Source: Euglena gracilis (taxonomy: Eukaryota). From it: a DNA stretch of 64,000 nucleotides. How positions within the stretch are numbered: the first letter of the stretch is position 1; every line of letters starts with the position of its first letter. The notes under the pieces are model-generated. The model did not search any database, was not told where the DNA came from, and saw nothing but the letters and a program-made list of their open reading frames with translations. The DNA lies in NCBI GenBank assembly GCA_039621445.1, contig CP154954.1:9364634-9428633 (forward strand), in the 5' to 3' direction. The translations under genes and the position numbers were made by a program. Below, piece by piece: positions 1 to 21,100 of this stretch.

Positions 1-1347
1 CAGTGTGTCCTTCAACATCAATGCGCGTGTGCACATTCCCCCTTCCCACAGGGTGTGTCCATTGCAAAAAATGCGCACCTGCGCATTCTTTTGGGTTTCC
101 CAAAAATGCGCAGGTGCGCATTCTTCGGCCCTGATACTCAGTGACATCCCCATTGTTTTGACCGTGGGAGAGCTGTGTCTCCATGCCTGCAAGGTGTTCC
201 TTCCCATGCTCATCCCAGGTTCACCAGGCCCTGCCCCCAGGAGCCATCAGCACGCACCGGTGAACACAAGGTGGCACACCCAGGTCCAGGTTGGTGTGCG
301 TCGTCCGTGTTCCGCATGCCGTGTGGAGTGTGCCCAGTGTGAGTCCAGCCACGCACTGTACCACAGTCGTCGGGAAACAGCTGTAAACAGCATGCTGCGT
401 AGTTGAACCAGTAAACAAGGGGATGGTCCTTATGGTCGTGTAATATCCAAACAGCTCATTTTTGTGGTGTTTACCCTCCAGTCTGGAAGAGGCATCAAAC
501 TATGCAAAATGCGCACTTGCGCACTCCGGGTCCAAAATGCGCGGATGCGCATTTTCACTAAAATTGTCATAACTTCAATCCGATCATAACTCAACAAGAA
601 AAGTGCATTCCCGGCCGTCTAAGAAACACGCGGTGTGGAAGTATCCCCAAGGTCCAACCAACAAAATGTTCGTGTGTAACACGCCAAATTTTTCCAGGTC
701 CCCCCCCCCCAAGGTTACAACCCTCGGGGCCAAACTAACAGCAGCAGTTTAAGCAGCTTCTGAACCAGCACAAAGAATCAAATCCTGACGGAAAATGCAG
801 TAACTGCAAAGATGTGCAGGAGAAAACCAAACCACCAATGCTGGCCTTCCACTGTTCCGTTCTTTAACCCGCTGGATTGTGCGCTTGGGGGGAATCTACC
901 TTTAGAAGTGAAATTGCCAAAAAAAGTTGCCCCCCCCCCCCCCATTTGCAAACCCCCCAAGGGACCAACAAAAGGACGATATGAAACCCCCCAGGAAGAA
1001 AAGTGAAAAACGCTGGTGACAATTTTTTTCGGCCCCAAACCACCGAAAAACTCGATTTTTTGGCAATTTTCATGAGACCAACCACCATGAATTTGGGGAG
1101 AAGTGCAGAGCAAGGACCCCGTCCAGACACTGGTCCAGCCAGTTTTGGAAACCCCAGCCTCGCACAGAAGCCCCTGTCCGTCTCAGCTCCAACAACACAA
1201 GGAGAAACCTTCACCAAAGTTTGCCCATGCACCCAATAAGGTCCCCCCTGATATTTCCACCAAAATACAAAAAAAATCGGGCTTCTATTGAGGGGGGGGG
1301 GCTAACTGCATCCTGCTGCAAATTCTGTGTCAAATGCCTGTTCTGGC

Positions 1348-1605
1348 CAGGGTTTTTTTAGTCGTGGACCCCGGGGGGGGGGGAGGGGGGGGGTCGGGCG
1401 GGGCCCCCCGGGGGGGGGGGGTCCCCCGGAGGGGGGTGGGATATACTTTTCGGCGCCGAAGGCGCCGAAAAACTGCTATTTTTAGCACTTTTCGCGATTT
1501 TTCGGCCATTTTTTTGTGGGTCCCCGGGGAGCCCCCCCCCCCGGGGCCCCCCCAGGGGGTGGGTGGGTGGGGGGACCCCCCCCTCCAGGCTTAAAAAAAC
1601 CCCTA
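1348..1605 (+). mobile_element. hAT-like MITE, same family as 50459-50739
   Basis: TIRs CAGGGTTTTTTTA / TAAAAAAACCCCTA; 8-bp flanks GTTCTGGC vs GTGGTGGC (6/8); interior closely matches the reverse complement of 50459-50739. Confidence 0.85.
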
Positions 1606-1950
1606 GTGGTGGCCATGACAGAACCGTCCAAACTCGGGAGCGGAGTGTGGTCGCAAATGCGGGCTGTGCTGGGGGTGCCAGAGGGTGGTTTTTGGCCCAG
1701 ATGTCAAACAAACAACCGTAAACCCCTCATTTATAACCTCCCCCGGGCTTACAGGTCAGCAGGGCTGTGTAGGAATCCCCGCAACCCCATGGGTGGTTGG
1801 GGGGTCGACCACCCCCCACCACCTCCCTCCTGGTGGATGGGGGGGGGGGGGTCCGACCACCCTATTCACCACCACCAGCCCTGTGGGGTCAGCCGAAAGG
1901 GAGGTCATACTTTTTTGGAATGGTGATCAAAATCTGACCCTCCAAATCCC

Positions 1951-1982
1951 TCCTGACGCATTTACCCTCCCCCCCCCTCCAG
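1951..1982 (+). promoter_or_regulatory. 3' splice acceptor just upstream of the gene 1 ATG (candidate spliced-leader trans-splice site)
   Basis: CTGAC branch-like motif, a ~20 nt pyrimidine tract, then CAG|CCATG. SL trans-splicing is established in euglenozoans, but cis use cannot be excluded. Confidence 0.6.
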
Positions 1983-1984
1983 CC

Positions 1985-11200
<9,216 letters not shown>

Positions 11201-11785
11201 CCGTCCGGGTGTTTTCCGCTCGGTCCATCCATATCCCCGACACCTTTATGCATCCGCCCGTTTATTGGCTCGTACCGGTCCAGCTGTACGCTGCTTTGGG
11301 TACTCGGCCAGCACGGCTGGGCGCAACTCCTGTGCCGCTGTCGCCTCTGTTTTATCAGCTTTGCGTTCGGTTTTCAGAAAATTGCAACCATTTTTCGGGG
11401 GAATCTCACATCCGGACTAAAAATCCTGCACGACCACATTTTGTTTGTGTTTGCGATGTCCTTTTAATGGGTGCAGTGTGTATGTGCGCATGTGCACCTT
11501 AGATTTTCTCAAACGTCTACGCTTCTGCTTTGGGGGTTGACAATATTAACCCCCCCTGTCGGGGACACACGGGGTCTTTGACACGCGCCTCGTGTCAATG
11601 GAACATTCAGGAACAATATTTTCAGAGAATATTTTGCTGAAATTTTTGAGATTTTTTTTGACAAGCAAAATTGTTGATTCTGTCCATCTGAGCTGTGGAT
11701 GTTTTTTCCCCTCAAATTTGCTGATTTTGCCAAATATGTGTGCCAAAATTTATGGTGCCGTTCCGTTGACACAACGTGTCGTCGG

Positions 11786-11861
11786 CACACACACACACGC
11801 ACACACGCACATACACACACACACACACACACACCACACGCACACACACACACACACACAC
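11786..11861 (+). repeat. (CA)n microsatellite
   Basis: Direct inspection. Confidence 0.9.
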
Positions 11862-14026
11862 TTTGTCAACGTCCTTGGATCGTTGTTGTGTCTTGGACAG
11901 GGTGGGGTGTCCAGTTTGGGAAATCATTTTTGTAAACCTCGAACCTTGTTGCAGATAGTGTCTGCACATTTTTCGAAAGAACAAATCCAATACATTGATA
12001 ATGAATGGATTAATTAAGTACCGATGTCTCGCAACAACTATTTCTTTGGAGATTTCTTTGCTTTGGGGCCATGGCGTTTGAGATCCAACTGGCCTCTCAT
12101 GGTTTGACGGCAATCCCAGAAATCTGGCGGGTGGTTGTGGATGGGAGGTCGGCCAACCCCCCCCCCCCCAGATCACTGCACCACCCATTTCCGTTTTTTG
12201 GGGGGACGATTTTCCTTGCGAAGGGCGTTGGTAAACCGGCCCCCCCAACAGAAGCGCGGGGCCACCACAAGCGCAGAAAGGTGCAGAAAGTATGCCAAAG
12301 AAGGCACCCATTTTTCAAAAAGGCCCAAAAATGCCAAAAAAAAGTGACCATTGGAGCCTGTGGAGGGGTTTTGGGGTCGATTTTTGACTTCGAAAATTTT
12401 GCCTAAATACTAAACCCCCCGGACCCCAAATTCGAGTGTCCAGATAATAAACCGGGGGGTTTATCATTTGGGGGGGGGTTACAACATCTGCCGTGGGCCT
12501 CGGCCGTAGATGCATTACAATGTCCACTGGACAACATGGGGGGACTTTGGGCCAACCTCCCAACAAAATTTTGATGGTTACCCCTTTTGGGATTCAGACA
12601 CCTGGTGCCCCCAATTAATCAAAATGAAAGTGCCAGGGGGCCACTTTGAGGCATCCGCCCAATTCCGACTCCCGTCCTCAATCCCAACCTCCAACACTTG
12701 CCCACGCAGGGAATTTCTTAAGCTGGACCCACCCTACCACCCTGGGGGAGGGTCAGCCAGCACCTGTTTTCCAGCCAGCAACTCCCAGCCGGGCTGCAAA
12801 CCCCCGACCCAGGAGGGCGGGGAGGGTCGAGCAGTAATGAAGTTTTCGAGCCGGGCTGGGACTAAAATTTTGAACAGGGGTAAAAATGACCAAACTGTCC
12901 ATTTTTGAGGGGATTTTTTTGGGGATTGGGGCGTTCCCATTGCAGTCCTGGGGATAATTCTTCCGATGCGCCGGCGGGAGTGCCCAAGGGTGTGAAAACA
13001 TGCGGATGTCAAAATAAAAATGATTCCAGAAATCGACAGTTTTGGGGGAGTATCTCAAAATTTAGTCTAAAAAAAAAGCATCCCAGCTGGATTTGGGCGT
13101 TCTCGGTTCCAGCCCAGCCTGGCAGCCAGGACGGACCAACCTCCTGGACCCCCATTCCGGTGGCTCTTTTGGACCGCCCTGGGGGGGTCCGTAAGAAGTT
13201 TCCCGCACTCAAAAATCATGGTGTTGTTGTTGTTTTGCCGTTGTTATATCTGACAAAAAAATTTTGGGTCGGTGGAATTTGTGCTTCAAATGCATGTTTG
13301 ATCCTCTTTCTTTCCCTCTCCTTGCCTCGGGAAGCTTCGCCCTCCAAGCACGTATGACCCAGTGGGGGTACCCGTTGTGTGCTTTCCCTCTGGCACCGCC
13401 AGTCACCAGCTATTCCACACCCGGGCCGGTTCTCACACCTCCGGGATGATGCCTCTGCGACCTAGGGGGAAACGGGAATTCTTTTTTTTGCGTTTTTTTT
13501 GCTTTTTTATTTGGCAAATTTGCGTTTTTATTTGTGTTTTTTTGCGTTTTTTGGGGGGGTTTCCTGGTGAATTTTGGTTTTTTGTTGGAAAAATTTTTTG
13601 ACAAGGAAAAGATCCTCTTTTTAGCCCCAATTTTCTCCCGAGATCAAGAACTTTGTCAGTTTTTTTGCATTGTTGCATTTTAACAAAATGTTTTTTTATC
13701 CAAATTTGCAAAATGGACAGTTTTCTCCAGCAGAGCCGAAAAGTTTTTCCAAGTCCTCTCCAGTGGGAAAGTGCATGTCCCAGGGGATCTCCTAAAGGGT
13801 TTTGTATGCAACTTACGTTTATTCGCGTTTATTTGCGTTTTTTTTTTGCCCTTTTTTGCTTTTTTTTGTGTCTCGCTTTTTGAGGGTCCAGCAGGGTCCA
13901 CCACGCAGATTCCAGCACACCACCGCCACCCCACCAGCACGCCATAACCACACCCCCCAGCCCCGGGGCTTTACGGGAATGCCCAAAACAGACGATTCAC
14001 CGCTTCGAGCGCCTCGCCAGCGTAAA

Positions 14027-17000
14027 CCAGGGTGTGACGTAGAGCTGAGCTCTTTGGGAGACCACCCTGGCCCGGGATTCATATTTGGGCCCAAAACGGA
14101 GGGCGGGTGGTCGAAAAACGCTCATTTTCGGCTCAAAAACACTTTTTCTGGGTCCGGGAGTCCAAAAAACATCGTTTCGGGTAAAAAAAACTTCGATTTT
14201 TTCGAATTTTTTTGACCCTGTTTTGACCCAAAATCACTGGGTTGGCGGCCAAAAACGGGGGGCTGGCGGGTCGAAAAACGCTCATTTTCGGCTCAAAAAC
14301 ATGTGTTCCGGGTCCGGGAGACCAAAAAACGTCGATTCGGCCAAAAAATAAATTTCGATTTTTTTCGACTTTTTTGACCCGGTTTTGACCCAAAGTCAAT
14401 GGGTTGGCGAACCAAAACGGGGCGCTGGTGGGTCGAAAAACCCCCATTTTCAGCACAAAAACACTTTTTCCGGGTCCGGGAGGCCAAAAAACATGGTTTT
14501 GGAGGAAAAAAAAATTTCGATTTTTTTCGACTTTTTTGGCCGAAAACGGCTAAGTCGGACAGTGGTAAAAGTGTACAAAACGGCCATTTGGACCGAAAAA
14601 CGGCCATATCTCGGGCCAGGCGGGGAGTTGCGGGAAAATCATTATACCAGTAGATAGGGTGCTCCAAGGGCTTCAAATTAGGTCTCCGGGCATTTTTTCA
14701 ACTCCCCACCATTTTGGAGATATTTTGCAAAAAAAATGGTTTTTTGGCCTGTTTTGGGCTCCAAATGGCCCCCCAAGGCGAAACCACAAAACAGCCGTAT
14801 CTCGGCCCAGGCGGGGAGTTGGCCCAAACCGCGCATACCGGTCGATAGGGCGTCCCAAAGTTGTGGAATGACGTCCTCTTTACGTTTCCTCAATTTCGCA
14901 GCGTTTTCGAGATATTTTGAATTTTTCGATTTTTTGACCCAAAAATTGACCCCTTTTGCCGGTCCAACAAAATTTCTTTGGAAAAAAACGGTAGACAACT
15001 TTTTTGCTCCGCACTGGCCACCATCTCCGGACTGGCGGGGAGTTGCGGGTAAAGTGAGGGCTCTGGAGAAACTAGGGATCCTCTCCTAACCTTTTGGCTA
15101 TTAACTTCTCGGGTCCGGAAATCCAATCACATCGATAATCCTGGGGTGCCCGAGCCTACTCGGGGGGGGGGGGGGGGGGGGGGGGCTCCGGCCCCGGTGG
15201 TGAGCTTCGCTCTTACTCTAAAGAGGTAAGAGCTCAGCGACCAGGGTGTGACGTAGAGCTGAGCTCTTTGGGAGACCACCCCGGCCCGGCCCGCGAAAAA
15301 CGCTCATTTTCGGCTCAAAAACAGTTTTTCCGGGTCATGGAGGCCAAAAAACATCGTTTTGGGCAAAAAATTTTCGATTTTTTTCGACTTTTTTTTGGCC
15401 CGGTTTTGACCCAAAGTCAATGGGTTGGCGGCCCAAAACGGGGTGCTGGCGGGTCGAAAAACGCTCATTTTTGGCCCAAAAATACTTTTTTCGGGGCCGG
15501 GAGGCCAAAAAACATGGTTTTGGGCAAAAAATTTTCGAATTTTTTCGACTTTTTGACCCAAAAATGGCCAAGTCCACCGGCCAGGGGGCGCCCCAGTCAG
15601 GGCATGGGGGGGGGTCCGGGTTGGAAAAAATTTTTTTGCCCAAAAACACTTTTTTTGATGTTCTGAAGTGAAAAAAAGTGTTTTGAGCGAAAAAAGTTTT
15701 TTTCAAAATTTTGGGTCCCAACCTGCCACCCGACCCCCCGCCTGGCCTAGCCGCCCTCACGGGCCGCAGGGGTCCCCGAATACCTAAAACTGGCCCAAAA
15801 TCGCACAACCAGACCCAGACCCCGGGAGCCCCAAAAAAACGGTCAACCCCCCCCCCCCTAAACCTAACGATTGACCCCCTGGTTTGGGTCCCAACTCCCC
15901 GTCTAGCCCGAGATACGGCCAATTTACGGTTTCGGGCCCCGAACGGGCCCGAAATGGCCAAAACTGGCAAAACTGGCCCAAAACCCCAAAACGGCCGTAT
16001 CTCGGGCTAGGCGAGGAGTTGGCCCAAACCGCGCATACCGATCGATCGGGCGTCCCAAAGTTGTGGAATGACGTCCTCTTCACTTTTTCTCAACTCCGCA
16101 GCGTTTTCAAGATATTTTGAATTTTTCGATTTTTTGACCCGTAAATGACCCGGCAATTTCCCGGAAAAAAAAACGGTAGACAACTTTTTTGCTCGGGCCA
16201 TATCTCCGGACTGGCGGGGAGTTGTGGGTAACCCAAGCACTCTGGAGAAACTAGGGATCGTCCCCTAACCCATGGACTATACACTTTGGGGGACCGGAAA
16301 TCCAATCACATCGATAATCCTCGGGTGCCCGGACCTACTCAGGGGGGGCGGGGGGCGGGGGGGGGGGGGGGGGGGGGCGAGGAGGCGTTAAGGGGGCGGG
16401 GGGGGGGGGGGGTCTCCACCCCGGTGGTAATAAGTCCTCCAACCCCGGTGGTAAGCTTCGCTCTTACTCTAAGAGATAAGAGCTCAGCGACCAGGGTGTG
16501 ACGTAGAGCTGAGCTCTTTGGGAGACCACCCCGGCCCGGCCCGGCCTGCCAGCGGCCCAGCGGCACGGCCCGGCCCGGCCGGCGCTCGTTTTCAGTTCAA
16601 AAACATTTTTTCCAGGTCCGGGAGGTCCAAAAACATCGTTTTGGACAAAAATTTTCTATTTTTTTCGACTTTTTTTACCCAAAATCACCCAAAATCCATT
16701 GGTTTCGGGCCAAAAACGGGGGTCCGGGGATCAAAAAACGCTCATTTTCGGCTCAAAAATACTTTTTTCGGGTCCGCGAGGTCAAAAAACATGGTTTTGG
16801 GCAAAAATAATTTTTTCGAATTTTTTGGACTTTTTGACCCAAAAATGGTTAAGTCCACTGGCCAGGGGCGGGCCCAGCCAGGAGGGGGCATGGCGGGGGG
16901 GTCCAGGTCGAAAAATTTTTTTTTGCTCAAAAACACTTTTTTTGATGCTCTAAAGTGAAAAAAAGTGTTTTTGAGCAAAAAAAATTTTTTTTCAAAATTT

Positions 17001-18083
17001 TTGGTCCCAACCTGCCGACCCCTCCTCGCCCAGCCGCCCTCACAGCGCCTGCAGGGGTCCCGAATACCCAAAACTGGCCCAAAATCGCACAACCAGGCCC
17101 CGGGAGCCCCAAAAAACGGTCAACCCCCCCCCCTAAACCTAACGATTGACCCCCTGGTTTGGGTCCCAACTCCCCGTGTAGCCCGAGATACGGCCAATTT
17201 ACGGTTTCGGGCCCCGTAAAGGCCCGAAATGGCCAAAACTGGCCAAACTGGCCCAAAACCACAAAACGGCCGTATCTCGGGCTAGGCGAGGAGTTGGCCC
17301 AAACCGCGCATACCGATCGATCGGGCGTCCCAAAGTTGTGGAATGACGTCCTCTTTACGTTTCCTCAACTTCGCAGCGTTTTCGAGATATTTTGAATTTT
17401 TCGATTTTTTGACCCCAAAATGACCCTGTAATTTCCCCGGAAAAAAAAACTGTAGACAACTTTTTTGCTCGGGGCATATCTCCGGACTGGCGGGGAGTTG
17501 CGGGTAACCTGAAGGCTCTGGAGAAACTAGGGATCGTCCCCTAACCTATAGGCTATTCACTTTTGGGGCCCGGAAATCCAATCACATCGATAATCCTCGG
17601 GTGCCCGGACCTACTGAGGGGGGGGCGGGGGGGGGGCGGGGGGGGGCGGGCCACCCCCCCCGGCCCCGGTGGTAAGCTTCGCTCTTACTCTAAAGAGATA
17701 AGAGCTCAGCGACCCCCCCATTAAACACAATAACAAAAAGGGTGTGAAGAGCTGAGCTCTTTGGGGGCCTGGCCCGGCCCGGCGACCGGCCGGCGGCCCG
17801 GCGGCCCAGCCCGGCCGTCGGTCCGGCGGCCTGGCCCGGCCCGGCCGCAGCGTTTTCAAGATATTTTGAGTTTTTCGATTTTTTGACCCCTAAATGACCC
17901 GGCAATTTCCCGGAAAAAAAAACGGTAGACAACTTTTTTGCTCGGGCCATATCTCTGTACTGGCGGGGAGTTGTGGGTAACCCAAGCACTCTGGAGAAAC
18001 TAGGGATCGTCCCCTAACCCATGGACTATACACTTTGGGGGACCGGAAATCCAATCACATCGATAATCCTCGGGTCCCGGACG

Positions 18084-18120
<37 letters not shown>

Positions 18121-21100
18121 CGGGGGGGGGGGGGGGGGGGGGTGGTCACAACGGTGGTAAGCTTCGCTCTTACTCTAAAGAGATAAGAGCTCAGCGACCA
18201 GGGTGTGACGTAGAGCTGAGCTCTTTGGGAGACCACCCCAGCCCGGCCCGCGAAAAACGCTCATTTTCGGCTCAAAAACAGGTTTTCCGGGTCAGGGAGG
18301 CCAAAAAACATCATTTTGGGAAACAGAAATTTTTCGATTTTTTTCGACTTTTTTGACACGGTTTTGACCCAAAGTCAATGGGTTGGCGGCCCAAAACGGG
18401 GCGCTGGCGGTAGAAAAACGCTCATTTTTGGCCCAAAAAAACCTTTGATGGGTCTGGGAGGTCAAAAAACATGATTTTGGGCAAAAAAAAAATTGAATTT
18501 TTTTGACTTTTTGACCCAAAAATGGCTTTACGCAAAAAAAAATTGACTTTTTTCGACTTTTTTGGCCCGGTTTTGACCCAAAGTCAAAGGGTTGGCAGCA
18601 TAAAAACGGGGCGCTGGAGGGTCGAAAAACGCTCATTTTTGGCTCAAAAACACTTTTTTCGGGACCGGGAGGTAAAAAATCATGATTTTGGGTAAGAAAA
18701 AAATTGAATTTTTTTGACTTTTTGACCCAAAAATGGCTAAGTCCACCGGCCAGTGGGGAGGGCCCCAGCCAGGGGGGGGCATGGGGGGGGTCCGGGTCGG
18801 AAAAATTTTTTTTCGCTCAAAAGCAATTTTTTTGATGTTCTGAAGTGAAAAAAAGTGTTTTTGAGCGAAAAAAAAATTTTCAAAATTTTGGGTCCCGACC
18901 TGCCCCCCGTCGCCCTGCCGCCCTCACGCCGCCCGCTGGGGTCCCCGAATACCCAAAACTGGCCCAAAATTGCACAACCAGACCCCGGGAACCCCAAAAA
19001 ACGGTCAACCCCCCCCCCCTAAACCTAATGATTGACCCCCTGGTTTGGGTCCCAACTCCTCGTCTAGCCTGAGATACGGTCAATTTACAGTTTCGGGCCC
19101 CGAAATGGCCAAAACTGGCAAAACTGGCCCAAAACCAGAAAACGGCCGTATCTCGGGCTAGGCGAGGAGTTGTCCCAAACCGCGCATACCGATCGATCGG
19201 GCGTTCCAAGATCGTGAAATAAGGTCGCCATCACTTTTCCTCAACTCCGCAGCGTTTTCGAGATATTTTGAATTTTTGATTTTTTTGTCCCCGAAAAAAC
19301 CTGCAATTTCCCCGAAAAAAAAAACGGTACACAACTTTTTTGCTCGGGCCCGATCTCCGAACTGGCGGGGAATTATGGCTATTGTGTGGGCGCTTGAGAA
19401 ACCTGGGACCGTCTCCTAACCTATAGGCCATTCACTTTGGGGACCCGGAAAATTGGTCACAACGATAATCCTCAGGCCTCCCTGCCTACTCGGGGGGGGG
19501 CGGGGGGGGGGGGGGGGGCGGGGGGTCAGGGGTGGGTTCCAATCCGGGGTGGTAAGCTTCGCTCTTACTCTAAAGAGATAAGAGCTCAGCGACAGGGTGT
19601 GACGTAGAGCTGAGCTCTTTGGGAGACCACCCCGGCCCGGCCGGCGGCCCGGCGGCCCGGCGTCCCAGCGGCCCGGCCGGGCCGGGCCGCCCGGCCGGCG
19701 CTCATTTTCGGTTCAAAAACACATTTTCCAGGTCCGGGAGGTCCAAAAACATCGTTTTGGGCAAAAAAAAATTTGGATTTTTTCGACTTTTTTTTACCCG
19801 AAAATGACCCAAAATCCATTGGTTTTGGGCCAAAAACGGGGGTCCGGGGATCAAAAAACGCTCATTCTCGGCCGAAAAATACATTTTTCGGGTCCAGGAG
19901 GTCAAAAAACATGGTTTTGGGCAAAAAAAAATTTTCGGATTTTTTCGACTGTTTACCACAAAAAGGGTTCAGTCCACCGGCCAGTGTCAGGCCCCAGCCA
20001 GTGCTGTGGGGTCCGGGTCGGAAATTTTTTTTCGCCCAAAAACACTTTTTTTGATGTTCTGAAGTGAAAAAAAATTTTTTTTTGAGCAAAAAAAATTTTT
20101 TCAAAATTGGGTCCCATGCCCGAGACCCCCCCTCGCCCCAGCCGCCTCGGACCCCCGCAGGGGTCCCCGAATACCCAAAACTGGCCCAAAATCGCAAACC
20201 AGACCGGGAAGGCCCCAAAAAAACGGTCAAACCCCCCCCTAAACTAATGATTGACCCCCTGGTTTGGTCCAACTCCCCGTCTAGCCCGAGATACGGCCAA
20301 TTACGGTTTCGGGCCCGAACGGGCCCGAAATGGCCAAAACTGGCCAAACTGGCCCAAAACCCCAAAAAACGGCCGTCTCGGGCTAGGGGGGAGTTGGCCC
20401 AAACCGCGCATACCGATCGATCGGGCGTCCCAAAGTTGTGGAATGAGGTCCTCTTCACTTTTTCAACTCCGCAGCGTTTTCGAGATATTTTGAAATTTTT
20501 CGATTTTTGACCCAAAATGACCCTGCAATTCCCCGGAAAAAAAAACGGTAGACAACTTTTTGCTCGGGCATATCTCCGGACTGGCGAGTTGCGGTAACCG
20601 AAGGGCTCTGGAGAAACTAGGGACCCCCTAACCTATAGGCTATTCACTTTGGGGGCCCGGAAAATCCATCACCGCGCATCGGGGGGGGGCGGGGGGGGGG
20701 GGGGGGCGGGGGGGGGGGGGGGGCGGGGGGGGGGGGGGGGGGCAAGGGGTTGGGGGGGTCTTTTGGTGCTCCGGGAAAGAGAAAGTTTGGTCAAAGCCCG
20801 GCGAGATTTTTTTCGGAGGCAGGCGGGGGGAGGGCGAGACAGGGGGGGGGAAAGAGGGGGGGAAAAAGGGGGAAAAACAGGTTTGGGAGGGGGGGGTTTT
20901 GGGAAAGGGCGGGGGGGGGGGTTTTGGACCCAAACGGGGCGGGTGGGGGGCGAAAAAAAAGATTGGGAGGGGGGGGGGGGGGAGAAGGGGGGGGGACCGG
21001 CCGGGGAAAGGGCCCCAGCGGCGGGGGGGGGGGGGGGGGGGGGGGGCGCTCATTTTCAGCTCAAAAACACTTTTCCGGTCGGAGGTCCAAAAAACATGTT

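Noticed and set aside
130-300. Exon-like stretch (DIPIVLTVGELCLHACKVFLPML)
   Set aside because: No recognisable family, and strand and partner exons are unresolved.
13360-14026. Possible last exons of gene 2 beyond the array, with a hydrophobic segment
   Set aside because: No convincing paired intron ends or frame link to the 38.5 kb exon; cannot be supported.
15855-15868. CCCTAAACCTAA telomere-like motif in each unit
   Set aside because: Only one or two imperfect hexamers; not an interstitial telomere array.
20660-21050. G-rich divergent stretch (likewise ~26640-27200 and ~36100-36390)
   Set aside because: Looks like garbled unit sequence after long G runs, probably low-quality consensus, not new biology.
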